Positions 20,609-29,826 of a DNA stretch of 64,000 bases are shown in pieces (positions within the stretch are counted from its first letter, which is position 1; each line of letters starts with the position of its first letter). The DNA comes from Blastocatellia bacterium (lineage in GTDB: Bacteria > Acidobacteriota > Blastocatellia > RBC074): NCBI GenBank assembly GCA_035560235.1, contig DATMAG010000113.1, positions 13,209 to 77,208 on the forward strand, given 5' to 3'. The notes below the pieces were generated by a model. It saw only the letters and a list, made by a program, of their open reading frames with translations, did not search any database and was not told the origin of the DNA. The translations under genes were made by a program, and so were the position numbers.

Positions 20609-20677
20609 AACGCGAATCTGGTTGCGCAGGAGTTTGGCGAAAGTGAGAGTACGTCTGATCAAAAGGAGATCTCAGCG

Positions 20678-20878
20678 ATGCGTGGTCAGAACAGACAGGA
20701 CATCAGGCCGGGGCTTGAGGTCGAGATAGTTCAGAAACAGGATCAGCGCACCGGCAGGAGAACGCGCGGGATTGTGAAAGAGATTCTGACCAGTTCGGCG
20801 CAGCATCCGCACGGAATCAAGGTGCGGCTGACGACCGGCGAAGTGGGCCGGGTGCAAACCATCATTGAGCAGAGATAG
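20678..20878 (+). CDS. YwbE-family small protein
   Basis: The 66-aa protein MRGQNRQDIRPGLEVEIVQKQDQRTGRRTRGIVKEILTSSAQHPHGIKVRLTTGEVGRVQTI is near-colinear with B. subtilis YwbE as I remember it (..ISPGL.V.IVLKQDQRTGKLT.GIVKDILT.S..HPHGIKVRL..G.VGRVQ). Confidence 0.85.
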   Translation: MRGQNRQDIRPGLEVEIVQKQDQRTGRRTRGIVKEILTSSAQHPHGIKVRLTTGEVGRVQTIIEQR

Positions 20879-20908
20879 GAGACGCCAGCAAAACATCACT
20901 GGTGAGCT

Positions 20909-21109
20909 ATGGATGGAAATGATCTGAGAGAGCATCGAGAGGAACCCGGATTTGATCACGCGGCACTGGCGCGCGAGCCTGAAGTGCCGGTTGCCACGAT
21001 CCAGCCCCGGGAGCAGATGGGGGATGCGGATATTCCGGATTCGCGGATGCTGCAACTGGCGCGTGAAGCCCTGCGGGGACGCCGGATTCCAAAAAGAAGA
21101 ATGAAGTGA
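20909..21109 (+). CDS. small hypothetical protein (degenerate XRE-type HTH?)
   Basis: 66 aa. Its stop overlaps the next start (ATGA at 21106). There is weak HTH-like spacing (LREHREEPGFDHAALAREPEVPVATIQ). Confidence 0.3.
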   Translation: MDGNDLREHREEPGFDHAALAREPEVPVATIQPREQMGDADIPDSRMLQLAREALRGRRIPKRRMK

Positions 21110-21324
21110 TGAAGTTGCCGAAGCTTTGCCACCCGCTTTCCATTGACAGGCGCGAGTCGCAGACTTGCGAAGCCTGCGGGCAGTCATTCGTCTGCGGATT
21201 CAGCCTGAAGGGCTGCTGGTGCCTGCAGGTGAAACTGAGCAGGGCAACACGGGAACGGTTGAAGGAGAAGTATCGCCACTGTTTGTGTCGCTCCTGTCTG
21301 GAAAAGGCTGAGGCAGGGAACTGA
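21106..21324 (+). CDS. cysteine-rich CWC-family small protein
   Basis: The 72-aa protein shows the pattern C..CG..F.CG.....CWC...L.......L...Y..CLC..CL, which is characteristic of the Cys-rich CWC family. Confidence 0.7.
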   Translation: MMKLPKLCHPLSIDRRESQTCEACGQSFVCGFSLKGCWCLQVKLSRATRERLKEKYRHCLCRSCLEKAEAGN

Positions 21325-21458
21325 TTTTCAGGCGATCTTTGACGGCTGAATCCTGTTCGATAATGAGGAATTTTCAGCCGGGTTGCTGTCAAGGTTGCTG
21401 TCAAAAGCCTCTGAAAATGCGAAAGCCACCTGGCTGGTGGCTTTAATGCTTTGATTTC

Positions 21459-21534
<76 letters not shown>

Positions 21535-21634
21535 TTTTGCCTGTCAATGCGGCGCGCCGCCGCTCAAGCGAGGGCGCATCTTACAACACGCCCGCTGCAG
21601 GGGTCAAATCGAAATCCGGCGGGCAGTGCGCGCT

Positions 21635-23470
21635 TTAATCGCCCGCCATTTCGCTCAGTTCGTGCGCCTGTTCCTTGTACTGCAACTGATAAAGACGCCA
21701 GTAAATCCCGCGCTGTGCGAGCAGTTCCTGGTGTGACCCGAGTTCGCGAATTTCGCCCTTGTGCAGGACGATGATCTTGTCCACGCGCTGAATGGTCGAA
21801 AGCCGATGCGCAATGATGATCGAAGTGCGGCCTTCCATGACGCGCTCGATCGCCTGCTGAATCAGCTGCTCGGTTTCTGTGTCAATGCTCGAAGTCGCTT
21901 CGTCAAGAATCAGGATGCCGGGATCGAAGGCGAGCGCGCGCGCAAACGAGATCAGTTGTTTCTGGCCGACCGAAAAGCCCGCGCCCCGTTCACGCACTTT
22001 CGTCGCGTAACGGTCGGGCAGCCTCTCGATGAAGGTGCTGGCGCGAACTTCGCGTGCGGCCCATTCGACGCGCTCATCGCTGATGGACTGATTGCCGAGC
22101 CGGATGTTGTCGGCAATGTCGCCCGAAAACAGAAAGACATCCTGCAGCACAACGGCGAACTTTTCGCGCAGCTTCTGCAGCGGCCACAGCCGAATGTCCA
22201 CACCGTCAAGCAGGATCTCGCCGCGCTGAATATCGTAAAAGCGCATCATCAGATTCGTGATCGTCGTCTTGCCTGATCCGGTCGCGCCAACAAACGCGAT
22301 TGACTGGCCCGGTTCGGCTGTGAATGACACATCGCGCAACACCCAGTCCTCATCCTTGTAGGCAAACCACACGTGACGGAATTCGATGCGGCCCGAAGCG
22401 TGCGAGGATCTGGCGGGCAGTTGCGGCCTTTCGGGCGAAGTGATTTTGTCCGGCGTGTCGAGCAGTCTGAAGACGCGCTCGCTCGCGACGACCGCGGCCT
22501 GCAGGATGTTGTACTTGTCGCTGATGTCCTGAATCGGCATCCAGAGCCGCTGTGTGTATTGCAGAAAAGCGACCAGCGTGCCGATGGTGATGGCGTTCTG
22601 AATCACCTGTCCGCCGCCGTACCAGATCAGGGTGGCAATGCCAATGGAAGAGATCAGACTGACCAGCGGATAGAAGACCGCGAAGTAAAAGATCGTGTCG
22701 AGGTTGGCCTGCAGATGTTCACGATTGATGACCTCGAACTGATTGAAGGCTTTCACTTCACGATTGAAAAGCTGCACGGTCTGCGCGCCGGAAATGTGTT
22801 CCTGAGTGAAAGCGTTGAGCCGCGCAATTTTGACGCGCACGGCCTGAAAGCCCCGGCGCGAACCGCGCTGAAACCACGCTGTCGCGAGCACCAGCAGCGG
22901 CACCACAGCGAGCGACACCAGCGCCAGCGACCACGAATAATAGAACATCATCCCGAGCGCCGCCGCGATCAGCACCAGATCGCCGAGCACTTCGACCAGC
23001 CCTGAAGTGAACAGTTCGTTGAGCGAATCAACATCGCTTGTGAGCCGCGTAATCAGCCGCCCCACCGGCGTCCTGTCGTAATAAGCCAGCTCAATCGTCT
23101 GAAACTTGCGAAAGATCTCCTCGCGCAGATCGAACATCACCCGCTGTCCGATGGTGTTGAGCAGCACGTCCTGCAGATAACCGATGCCCAGAGTGATGAC
23201 AAGTGAGAGCAGATAGAGCAGCGCGAGCAGAGCAATCCCTTGAAAGGCCGAATCGAGCGGCATCTGCCGGTGCGCCGCCGGAGCGATGAGTCCGTCAATC
23301 GCCCGCTGCGTCAGCAGCGGCCCGACCTGCCGCACCAGATTGACCGCGACCGTCAGAAAAAGCGCGATGATGACGAGCGTTTTGTACGGTCCCAGATAGC
23401 GGATCAGTCGGCGCGTGTAGGTCACGCTGTAGATTTTGCCTGCCTGTTCTTCTTCGTGGTGTGAAGCCAT
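21635..23470 (-). CDS. ABC exporter half-transporter (TMD-NBD), downstream partner
   Basis: 611 aa with a six-helix TMD followed by an NBD. Walker A is GATGSGKTT, the signature is FSVGQKQL, and Walker B is ILILDEATS. Confidence 0.9.
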   Translation of the reverse strand: MASHHEEEQAGKIYSVTYTRRLIRYLGPYKTLVIIALFLTVAVNLVRQVGPLLTQRAIDGLIAPAAHRQMPLDSAFQGIALLALLYLLSLVITLGIGYLQDVLLNTIGQRVMFDLREEIFRKFQTIELAYYDRTPVGRLITRLTSDVDSLNELFTSGLVEVLGDLVLIAAALGMMFYYSWSLALVSLAVVPLLVLATAWFQRGSRRGFQAVRVKIARLNAFTQEHISGAQTVQLFNREVKAFNQFEVINREHLQANLDTIFYFAVFYPLVSLISSIGIATLIWYGGGQVIQNAITIGTLVAFLQYTQRLWMPIQDISDKYNILQAAVVASERVFRLLDTPDKITSPERPQLPARSSHASGRIEFRHVWFAYKDEDWVLRDVSFTAEPGQSIAFVGATGSGKTTITNLMMRFYDIQRGEILLDGVDIRLWPLQKLREKFAVVLQDVFLFSGDIADNIRLGNQSISDERVEWAAREVRASTFIERLPDRYATKVRERGAGFSVGQKQLISFARALAFDPGILILDEATSSIDTETEQLIQQAIERVMEGRTSIIIAHRLSTIQRVDKIIVLHKGEIRELGSHQELLAQRGIYWRLYQLQYKEQAHELSEMAGD

Positions 23471-23494
23471 TGTTGATCACTTTGTATGTTGAAA

Positions 23495-24109
23495 TCAGGC
23501 TGCAATGAGTGCTTCAATTCCATTCTTGAAACATCTGAAGCTGTTTGAGCGGTTGCGCTCAGGGATCATATGCTTGGATATGTTTCTTGCTACTTCAATT
23601 TTGGGAAGCCCGGCAGAATAGTACCCGTAATATTGAAGCTCTCTTTCGAGGGCTTCCCAGGTTCCCCCTTTGATTGTATCAGGATCACGGTACTTTTCCT
23701 TTTTGCCCAGACTCAGGGGAACTCGGGGATAAGCTGTAACCACTGCTACAACATCGCCAAAGAACCACGCCTCAAGCTCCTCAACTGCTATCCTGTTCAG
23801 CACCTGAAAACTTATTTGTCCAGAAGCTGAACTTTTTGTGACAAGACCTGCGCTGCCAGCTGCCTGTTCAAGTTTGGTTTTCAATTGATCACAATTCTCC
23901 CGGTCTTCATCAATCAATACGACAATGCGCCAGTCAGCTGGCAGCCAGTGCTTGTATCCTTTCATTCGATTCGGAAGCTGAGTCAGTAAAGTAAGCTTTG
24001 ATTGAAAGTTGTGCAGCCTGAAAGTGACGTCTGCTGGCAGCATTCTGGGAAGAAGATTATCGAGAGCCGCTTCAGTTGATGGTTCTTCAACCAAAAACTC
24101 AACGTGCAT
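23495..24109 (-). CDS. DUF4276-like protein, putative Toprim-like nuclease partner of the adjacent ATPase
   Basis: 204 aa in a low-GC segment, starting 6 nt after the ATPase stop. It carries an N-terminal acidic strand (HVEFLVEEPSTEAAL), a DxD-type motif after a hydrophobic strand (WRIVVLIDEDREN) and a third acidic patch (IAVEELEAWFFGD). The family name is recalled from the typical N-terminus and the about 200-aa size. Confidence 0.7.
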   Translation of the reverse strand: MHVEFLVEEPSTEAALDNLLPRMLPADVTFRLHNFQSKLTLLTQLPNRMKGYKHWLPADWRIVVLIDEDRENCDQLKTKLEQAAGSAGLVTKSSASGQISFQVLNRIAVEELEAWFFGDVVAVVTAYPRVPLSLGKKEKYRDPDTIKGGTWEALERELQYYGYYSAGLPKIEVARNISKHMIPERNRSNSFRCFKNGIEALIAA

Positions 24110-24115
24110 GTCAGG

Positions 24116-25378
24116 CTACCTCCTTTCCCGTCCTTTATTGACCTTGCCATTGAGTCGCGGGCCGCCGACATTTATTAATGGGTCTCCGACTTCAAAAAAT
24201 CCTTCCATCCAGAGTTGACCGAGCTTCCCACCTGCTTCCATCATCTCGTTAATGCCATTCATGTCTGCAGCTCGCCTGGCTTGAGTAAAGCCATAATTAT
24301 TACGATACAGAACCCATAATTCATCTTGTCTTAATCCGCTGACAAAGAATGGAGAATGGGTTGTGACCATCAATTGGGTGCAATTCGATACGTTCCGGCA
24401 TTCTTCAGCAAGTTCCGGCAATAATCGTGGATGGAGGTGGTTCTCCGGCTCTTCGATCCCAATCAGTTGCGGCGGGTCAGGATCGTGCAGTACGGTCAGG
24501 TATGCCAGCATCTTAAGGGTCCCATCAGATGCAAATTTTGCCAGAATCGGCTCAGCGAAAGGCGCATCCTTGATTTGAAGCAGCAGACGACCATCAGGCA
24601 TGAGGCTCGCATCTACTCTCTCAAGCTGAGGAACCCGCTGTGACATGATACGTAGAATTTGATCGAGTCGCTCCGGGTGCTGTTCTTTCAAATATTGAAT
24701 GACATTAGGCAGATTATCGCCAGTAGCTGATAGTCTTTCCTGTGGTCCGGCTTCAGGTATGCCGCGAGTACTGTCCGCTGTCAGATATGACAGATACCAG
24801 CTTGTAATAAACCGGCGGAGAGCACTAACACGTGGATGTTTGGCAAATTGTCCTAACGTATTGACTGCAAGCATTTCAGGAGAATCCAGCTTTTCATTGA
24901 TTCGCTCATCCTGTTCGTCGGGTAATTCACCAGAAATAACCTGTCCTTCCCCTTCTCGGAAGTTCAGGAACTTAAATGGTTGTCCTGTTCTCTTGTGTCT
25001 TCGCCATTGCAACCATTCCTCTGCTACATATGGGCCTTTGTTATTTTCTGCGATAGCCAGATGGTAAGTAATAATGGGGTGTCCACTCCCTTTCCCCTCA
25101 CGATACTTTAATTCAATCATAATTGGCCCGTCAGATCCGCGCGTCCGCAATTCTTTGAACCGGCCTCTGCGATCCCAGGCTTTGCGAAGGCCAACAGAAA
25201 AACACTCCGATAGGAAGGCGAAGACATCAAAGAGAGTGGACTTGCCGCTGCCATTTGGTCCAAGCAGAACGGTCAGCGGTTTCAAATCCTTCATCTCAAG
25301 GTCACGCAAGGCACGAAAATTCTGTACTCGAAGATACTCAATCCGGGGAACAGCAGGTCTGGTATTATTGCTCGCCAT
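24116..25378 (-). CDS. ABC-type (AAA_15/AAA_21-like, OLD/AriA-like) ATPase
   Basis: 420 aa in a low-GC segment, with AAGAGG 8 nt upstream of the ATG. The N-terminus is [17 protein letters not shown]. Walker A is GPNGSGKST (nt 25235-25261). The signature-like motif is [11 protein letters not shown], Walker B is [14 protein letters not shown] and the H-loop is VTTHSPFF. Confidence 0.85.
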   Translation of the reverse strand: MASNNTRPAVPRIEYLRVQNFRALRDLEMKDLKPLTVLLGPNGSGKSTLFDVFAFLSECFSVGLRKAWDRRGRFKELRTRGSDGPIMIELKYREGKGSGHPIITYHLAIAENNKGPYVAEEWLQWRRHKRTGQPFKFLNFREGEGQVISGELPDEQDERINEKLDSPEMLAVNTLGQFAKHPRVSALRRFITSWYLSYLTADSTRGIPEAGPQERLSATGDNLPNVIQYLKEQHPERLDQILRIMSQRVPQLERVDASLMPDGRLLLQIKDAPFAEPILAKFASDGTLKMLAYLTVLHDPDPPQLIGIEEPENHLHPRLLPELAEECRNVSNCTQLMVTTHSPFFVSGLRQDELWVLYRNNYGFTQARRAADMNGINEMMEAGGKLGQLWMEGFFEVGDPLINVGGPRLNGKVNKGRERR

Positions 25379-25469
25379 TGTAATTGCCTCTTAGCCGGGG
25401 TATGCAACTCTCCGCCGATATACACTAACGACACTCTTTGTGGCTGACTCAGACTGTTCAGCGCAAAAA

Positions 25470-27281
25470 TCAACTCGCCGCCAGTTCCTCTTCGAGCAGT
25501 TGTCGTTCATACAGATCAGCGTACTCGCCGCCGTGCTGCATCAGTTCCTCGTGCGTGCCGCGTTCGATGATGCGTCCGTGATCCAGCACGCAGATCAGAT
25601 CAGCGTCCTTCACGGTCGAGATGCGATGCGAAACGATCAGCGAAGTGCGGTCGCGCATGATGCCGCGCAACTGCGAGAGGATCTTTTCCTCAGTGTACGT
25701 ATCCACTGCCGAGAGCGCATCGTCCAGGATCAGGATTTTCGGCTGGCGGATGACGGCGCGCGCGATTGCGGTGCGCTGCTTCTGCCCGCCTGAAAGCGTG
25801 ATGCCGCGTTCGCCAACCAGGGTTTCGTACTGCTTCGGAAAAGCCCTGATGTCATCGGCCAGACCGGCGACTTCAGCCGCAAATTCGATCTCTGAAGGCC
25901 GCGCTTCTCTGACTCCGAAGGCGATATTTTCAGCGAGGGTTTCGCTGAAGAGAAAAGTCTCCTGCGGCACGTAACCGATGCTTTCGCGCAACTGCCGGAG
26001 CGGGATTTCGCGAATCGGATGATCGTCAACCAGCACCATTCCCGGCGCGGCGTCGAGCAGGCGCGGCACCAGATTCATCAGCGTTGATTTGCCCGACCCC
26101 GTGCGCCCGATGAAGGCGACGGTCTGTCCGGGTTCGATCACCAGACTGATGTCGCGCAGCACCGGCGGGCCGTCGGACGAGTAGCGAAAGGTCAGATTGC
26201 GGAATTCGATCCTGCCGCGAATTTCGGGCAGCGGCCTGGCTTCGAGCGCGTCGGCAATCGCGGGTTCGATCAGCATGATCTCGTGCAGGCGTTTAAGGCT
26301 CGCCGTGCCGCGCTGCACCATGTTCGTCACGTAACCCATCGCAATCAGCGGCCAGATCAGTTGTTCAAGATAGAGATTGAAGGCCGTGAAATCACCGAGC
26401 GACATCTGACCGAGACCGACCTGGCGGCCTCCGTACCAGAGAATGGCGGCAAAGCCCAGGCCGATGCAGAACTGCATGAGCGGGCGAAAGACGGCTGAGA
26501 GTTTCACCAGACTCAGATTGCGTTCCACATACTGCTGATTGAGCGCGGCGAAGGAGGCTATCTCGGCCTCCTCCTGCGCATAGGCGCGCACGACGCGCAC
26601 GCCTGAGAGATTTTCCTGCGCCCGGGCCGTGATGTCTGAAAAGAACTCCTGAATCTTCTCAAAGCGCACGTGAATCTGCTGGCCGAAATATTTCACTGTC
26701 AGCGAGACGAGCGGCATCGTCAGCAGCAGGATCAGTGTCAGCCTCCAGCTCAGGTGAAACATCAGCGGCAGAACGATCAGCACGCGAAAAAGCGTCTGCT
26801 CGCTGTACATAATCGCCGGGCCGACGATCATCCGCACCGCGCCAAGATCGTTGGTCGCGCGCGCCATCAGGTCGCCGGTGCGATGCTCCTGAAAGAACTG
26901 CAGCGGCAGCTTCTGCAGGTGGCCGTAAAAATCGTTGCGCAGATCGTATTCGATGTAACGCGACATATTGATCAGCGTGCGCCGCTGCAAAAAGAGAAAC
27001 AGCCCGCTGACGAGGCTCGCGCCGATGATCATCAGGCCGTACTGCGCGATCTTCTCGTACGTCACTCCGCTCATCTTCATTTCGTCAATCGCGCGACCGA
27101 CCACGCGCGGCACGAAGACGCTGAAGACGTTCGAGACCAGCACGAAGAGCGTTCCGCTCAGAAGCATCCAGCGATGCTTTTTGAAATATCCGGTCAGCCA
27201 GGCGCGGCGGGCCGGTGGAACGTGGCGGACGGCTTGCGGTGCGTGAAATTGCGGGGCAGGTAGTGCGAGATTCTGAGCCAT
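25470..27281 (-). CDS. ABC exporter half-transporter (TMD-NBD), upstream partner
   Basis: 603 aa with a TMD followed by an NBD. Walker A is GRTGSGKST, the signature is LSGGQKQR, and Walker B is [12 protein letters not shown]. Confidence 0.9.
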   Translation of the reverse strand: MAQNLALPAPQFHAPQAVRHVPPARRAWLTGYFKKHRWMLLSGTLFVLVSNVFSVFVPRVVGRAIDEMKMSGVTYEKIAQYGLMIIGASLVSGLFLFLQRRTLINMSRYIEYDLRNDFYGHLQKLPLQFFQEHRTGDLMARATNDLGAVRMIVGPAIMYSEQTLFRVLIVLPLMFHLSWRLTLILLLTMPLVSLTVKYFGQQIHVRFEKIQEFFSDITARAQENLSGVRVVRAYAQEEAEIASFAALNQQYVERNLSLVKLSAVFRPLMQFCIGLGFAAILWYGGRQVGLGQMSLGDFTAFNLYLEQLIWPLIAMGYVTNMVQRGTASLKRLHEIMLIEPAIADALEARPLPEIRGRIEFRNLTFRYSSDGPPVLRDISLVIEPGQTVAFIGRTGSGKSTLMNLVPRLLDAAPGMVLVDDHPIREIPLRQLRESIGYVPQETFLFSETLAENIAFGVREARPSEIEFAAEVAGLADDIRAFPKQYETLVGERGITLSGGQKQRTAIARAVIRQPKILILDDALSAVDTYTEEKILSQLRGIMRDRTSLIVSHRISTVKDADLICVLDHGRIIERGTHEELMQHGGEYADLYERQLLEEELAAS

Positions 27282-27707
27282 GGTTTTAGATGATTGTGAT
27301 TCAGGCTCTCAAGTATCAGGGATGAACGGAGGATGGTCAAATGAGTCGCACCTGTGAGCGTCGGCGTCCTGCTCGCCTGGCTGGCAAGCACGCACGGTTC
27401 ATTGAAACCGGCAGGTTAACGGAAGCAGGCGAGCGGGACGCCCGCGCTCCCAGGGAGGGAATTGCGCTCTCAGGGCGCAATTGACCGCTGCGCAGGGCAG
27501 TGTTATGTTGTGCGCCACAGTCATACCCCTCGTATCCGGATTTCCTTTGCTGGCGATCGTTGCCGGTTGCAACCCGACCTGACCGGCAGTCGCATTTCCT
27601 GATCAATCAACGGCCCGACGCAGGTTGTTGAATGTCGTGTGCCTTTCACTCCGCGCGGTGAATGGCTCCTGCCCCTGTCTTTGAAAACCACACTGAGGAG
27701 GGATACT

Positions 27708-29633
27708 GTGAAAAAAAACTGTCTGACCATCATTCTTTCAGCCATCGCCGTTCTGTTTTCAGCGACTGCGGCGGCCGCTGAAACCTATACGGCCACAGTT
27801 GCGCTGAGTCCTGCCAGCGAAGTTCCACCGATTCAGAATCTCAATGCTTCAGGCACAACGATTCTGACGGTCAATGTCGTCAGAGATGCAACGGGCAACA
27901 TCGTCACCGGCTCAGTCAACTTTCTGACGAATTTCAGCTTTCCGGCGAGCGTCTCGATCACCGGTCATCACATTCACGAGGGCGCGTCCACCGTCAACGG
28001 GCCGGTCAGAATCAATACCGCCATCTCCGGCTCGTCGCCGCTCGTCTTTGCGAATGGGAAAGGGATGATCAATATCAGCGTAACGGGCATTGATCCGGCT
28101 GTCCTGGGCCGCCTGCTGGCCAATCCGGCGGGCTTTTATGTCAACCTGCACACTACTGACAATGCAGGCGGCGCGATTCGCGGGCAGATCACCACGCTGA
28201 TCGAAATGCTGGCTGACACTATCGCTATGACGACAGCCAGTGAGGTTCCGCCTGTGACGACAGTCAACGCAAGCGGCACGGGCACGATCACTGTCAATCC
28301 GAAGCGTGATCCTGCGACCGGCGCGATTACCGGCGGTTCGGTGACTTTTACGGTCAGCTTCAATTTTCCGGGCAGCGTGACCATTACCGGGCTGCACATT
28401 CATCAGGCTCCGGCAGGAACCAACGGCTCCGTAGTCATCAACACCGGTATTTCGGGAGCAAATCCGGTCACGTCAGCGAGCGGCACGGGCATCCTCAACT
28501 ACACTGTTCCGAACGTCAATGCGACCCTGCTTCAGAACCTGCTCAGCAATCCGGCGGGGTTCTATGTCAATCTGCACACTACCACTAATCCGGGCGGCGT
28601 CATCAGAGGGCAACTGGTGTCATTTGAAAAGCCGCCGATCATCGAGCAGGTGTCACCGCTGGTCGTTCAGACCGGTTCGAGTTCGACTCTGACGCTGACC
28701 GGAGTCGGCTTCGGTTCAACTGCCGCCGTGCTGGTCAACGGGCAGATCGTCCCGGCGGTTTATGACGGCTCGAACAATCCAGGCCAGTTGACGAACGTTC
28801 CAATTCCCGCCGCGCTGCTCGCCAGTCCCGGCACAGTGACTGTTCAGGTGCAGGACTTCAGCGGCACGCTCTCAGCGCCGCGCACTGTCACAGTCGCTGC
28901 CGCCGCAGGCATTAACAGCGTGGCTGCGACAACGGTTGATCCGGTTCGCTATCAGACGGCGGTCGCGCCTGAGTCAATCGCGGCACTCTTCGGCACCAGC
29001 CTCGCGACAACAACCGTGACGGCGACATCTGTTCCGCTGCCGACCTCGCTCGATGGCACATCGGTCTATGTGAACGGAGAGGCCGCGCCGCTCTTTTTCG
29101 TTTCGCCCGGTCAGATCAACTATCAGATTCCGCCGGGCGTTGCGCCGGGCACCGCGAATGTGGTGGTCGTTGATAAAAACGGCAACGTGTCGCAGGGTCA
29201 GGCCAACGTAGTGCCGAGCATCGCCAGCATCTTTACGATGAAACCTGACGGCACCGGCGCTCCGGCGGCTCTGGCCGCGCAGAATACGGCCACGCCTGTG
29301 TTCAATCTCACGCTCGGCAATCCCGACGGCACTCCGGTGCAGCTCGATCTGGGCGAAAACGGAGTGATCGTCGCGCTCTTTGCCACCGGGCTGCGCTTTG
29401 CGCCGAACACTGATCGCAGCGCCCAGAACGGAGTCGCTGAATCGGTCAGCATCACCATCGGCGGAACAGCCGTCACACCCGGCCCGCTTTTCGCCGGGCC
29501 GCAGGGCACCTTCGTCGGCGTGGATCAGATCAACTTCATCATTCCGACCTCATTTGCCGGAAAGGGCGAAGTTGACATGGTCGTCACTGTTGACGGCAAG
29601 GCCTCAAACACGCTCAGGATCAATCTGAAGTAG
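27708..29633 (+). CDS. secreted protein: 2 CHRD domains, IPT/TIG-like domain, Solibacter-type C-terminal domain
   Basis: GTG 27708 lies 4 nt after GGAGGGA and gives the signal peptide VKKNCLTIILSAIAVLFSATAAAA. There are two CHRD copies (..SEVPP..ASGT..ITG.HIH.G....NG.V.I......YVNLHTT.N.GG.IRGQ). The IPT-like block is IIEQVSPLVVQTGSSSTLTLTGVGFG. The C-terminus (..PLFFVSPGQINYQIPPGVAPGTANVVV..FAGPQGTFVGVDQINFIIP) is paralogous to that of the 15212 gene. Confidence 0.75.
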   Translation: MKKNCLTIILSAIAVLFSATAAAAETYTATVALSPASEVPPIQNLNASGTTILTVNVVRDATGNIVTGSVNFLTNFSFPASVSITGHHIHEGASTVNGPVRINTAISGSSPLVFANGKGMINISVTGIDPAVLGRLLANPAGFYVNLHTTDNAGGAIRGQITTLIEMLADTIAMTTASEVPPVTTVNASGTGTITVNPKRDPATGAITGGSVTFTVSFNFPGSVTITGLHIHQAPAGTNGSVVINTGISGANPVTSASGTGILNYTVPNVNATLLQNLLSNPAGFYVNLHTTTNPGGVIRGQLVSFEKPPIIEQVSPLVVQTGSSSTLTLTGVGFGSTAAVLVNGQIVPAVYDGSNNPGQLTNVPIPAALLASPGTVTVQVQDFSGTLSAPRTVTVAAAAGINSVAATTVDPVRYQTAVAPESIAALFGTSLATTTVTATSVPLPTSLDGTSVYVNGEAAPLFFVSPGQINYQIPPGVAPGTANVVVVDKNGNVSQGQANVVPSIASIFTMKPDGTGAPAALAAQNTATPVFNLTLGNPDGTPVQLDLGENGVIVALFATGLRFAPNTDRSAQNGVAESVSITIGGTAVTPGPLFAGPQGTFVGVDQINFIIPTSFAGKGEVDMVVTVDGKASNTLRINLK

Positions 29634-29649
29634 AAAAACTGAGCAGGCA

Positions 29650-29745
29650 GGACAGCTTCAGCGCAGAGAAGTAAAGAGCGCAAACTCGCAGCGCAAAGGC
29701 AGGACGATCCTTTGTGCGCTTTGCTTCCCTGCGTTGAAGCTGTCC
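29650..29745. repeat. about 96-nt extended imperfect hairpin downstream of the CHRD gene
   Basis: The outer stem GGACAGCTTCAGCGCAG (29650-29666) pairs with CTGCGTTGAAGCTGTCC (29729-29745), 17 bp with one G-U. The inner stem GAAGTAAAGAGCGCAAA (29668-29684) pairs with TTTGTGCGCTTTGCTTC (29711-29727). Confidence 0.5.
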
Positions 29746-29826
29746 GCGACAACTTTTCGGGAGAACGGCGCGAATTGATTGTTTCCTCTCAGCAGCGGCC
29801 CCGCTCCGGATTCACAGGATTGCAAT

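Noticed and set aside
23471-25469. Short similar strings near both cassette ends (CACTTTGTATG at about 23479 and CACTCTTTGTGG at about 25431) as a target-site duplication.
   Set aside because: The match is only about 8-9 nt of imperfect identity and is not positioned symmetrically at the GC step, so it is indistinguishable from chance.
21635-27281. That the ABC exporter pair itself belongs functionally to the inserted ATPase/DUF4276 system, as a four-gene system.
   Set aside because: The exporter genes have host-like GC and standard MsbA/MdlB-type motifs, while the insert is compositionally distinct. Adjacency is best explained by insertion. A functional link cannot be excluded but is unsupported.
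27337-27606. 89-aa minus-strand ORF in the ABC/CHRD intergenic region.
   Set aside because: It is Arg-rich and low-complexity, has no SD, and overlaps the hairpin structures. It is probably non-coding.
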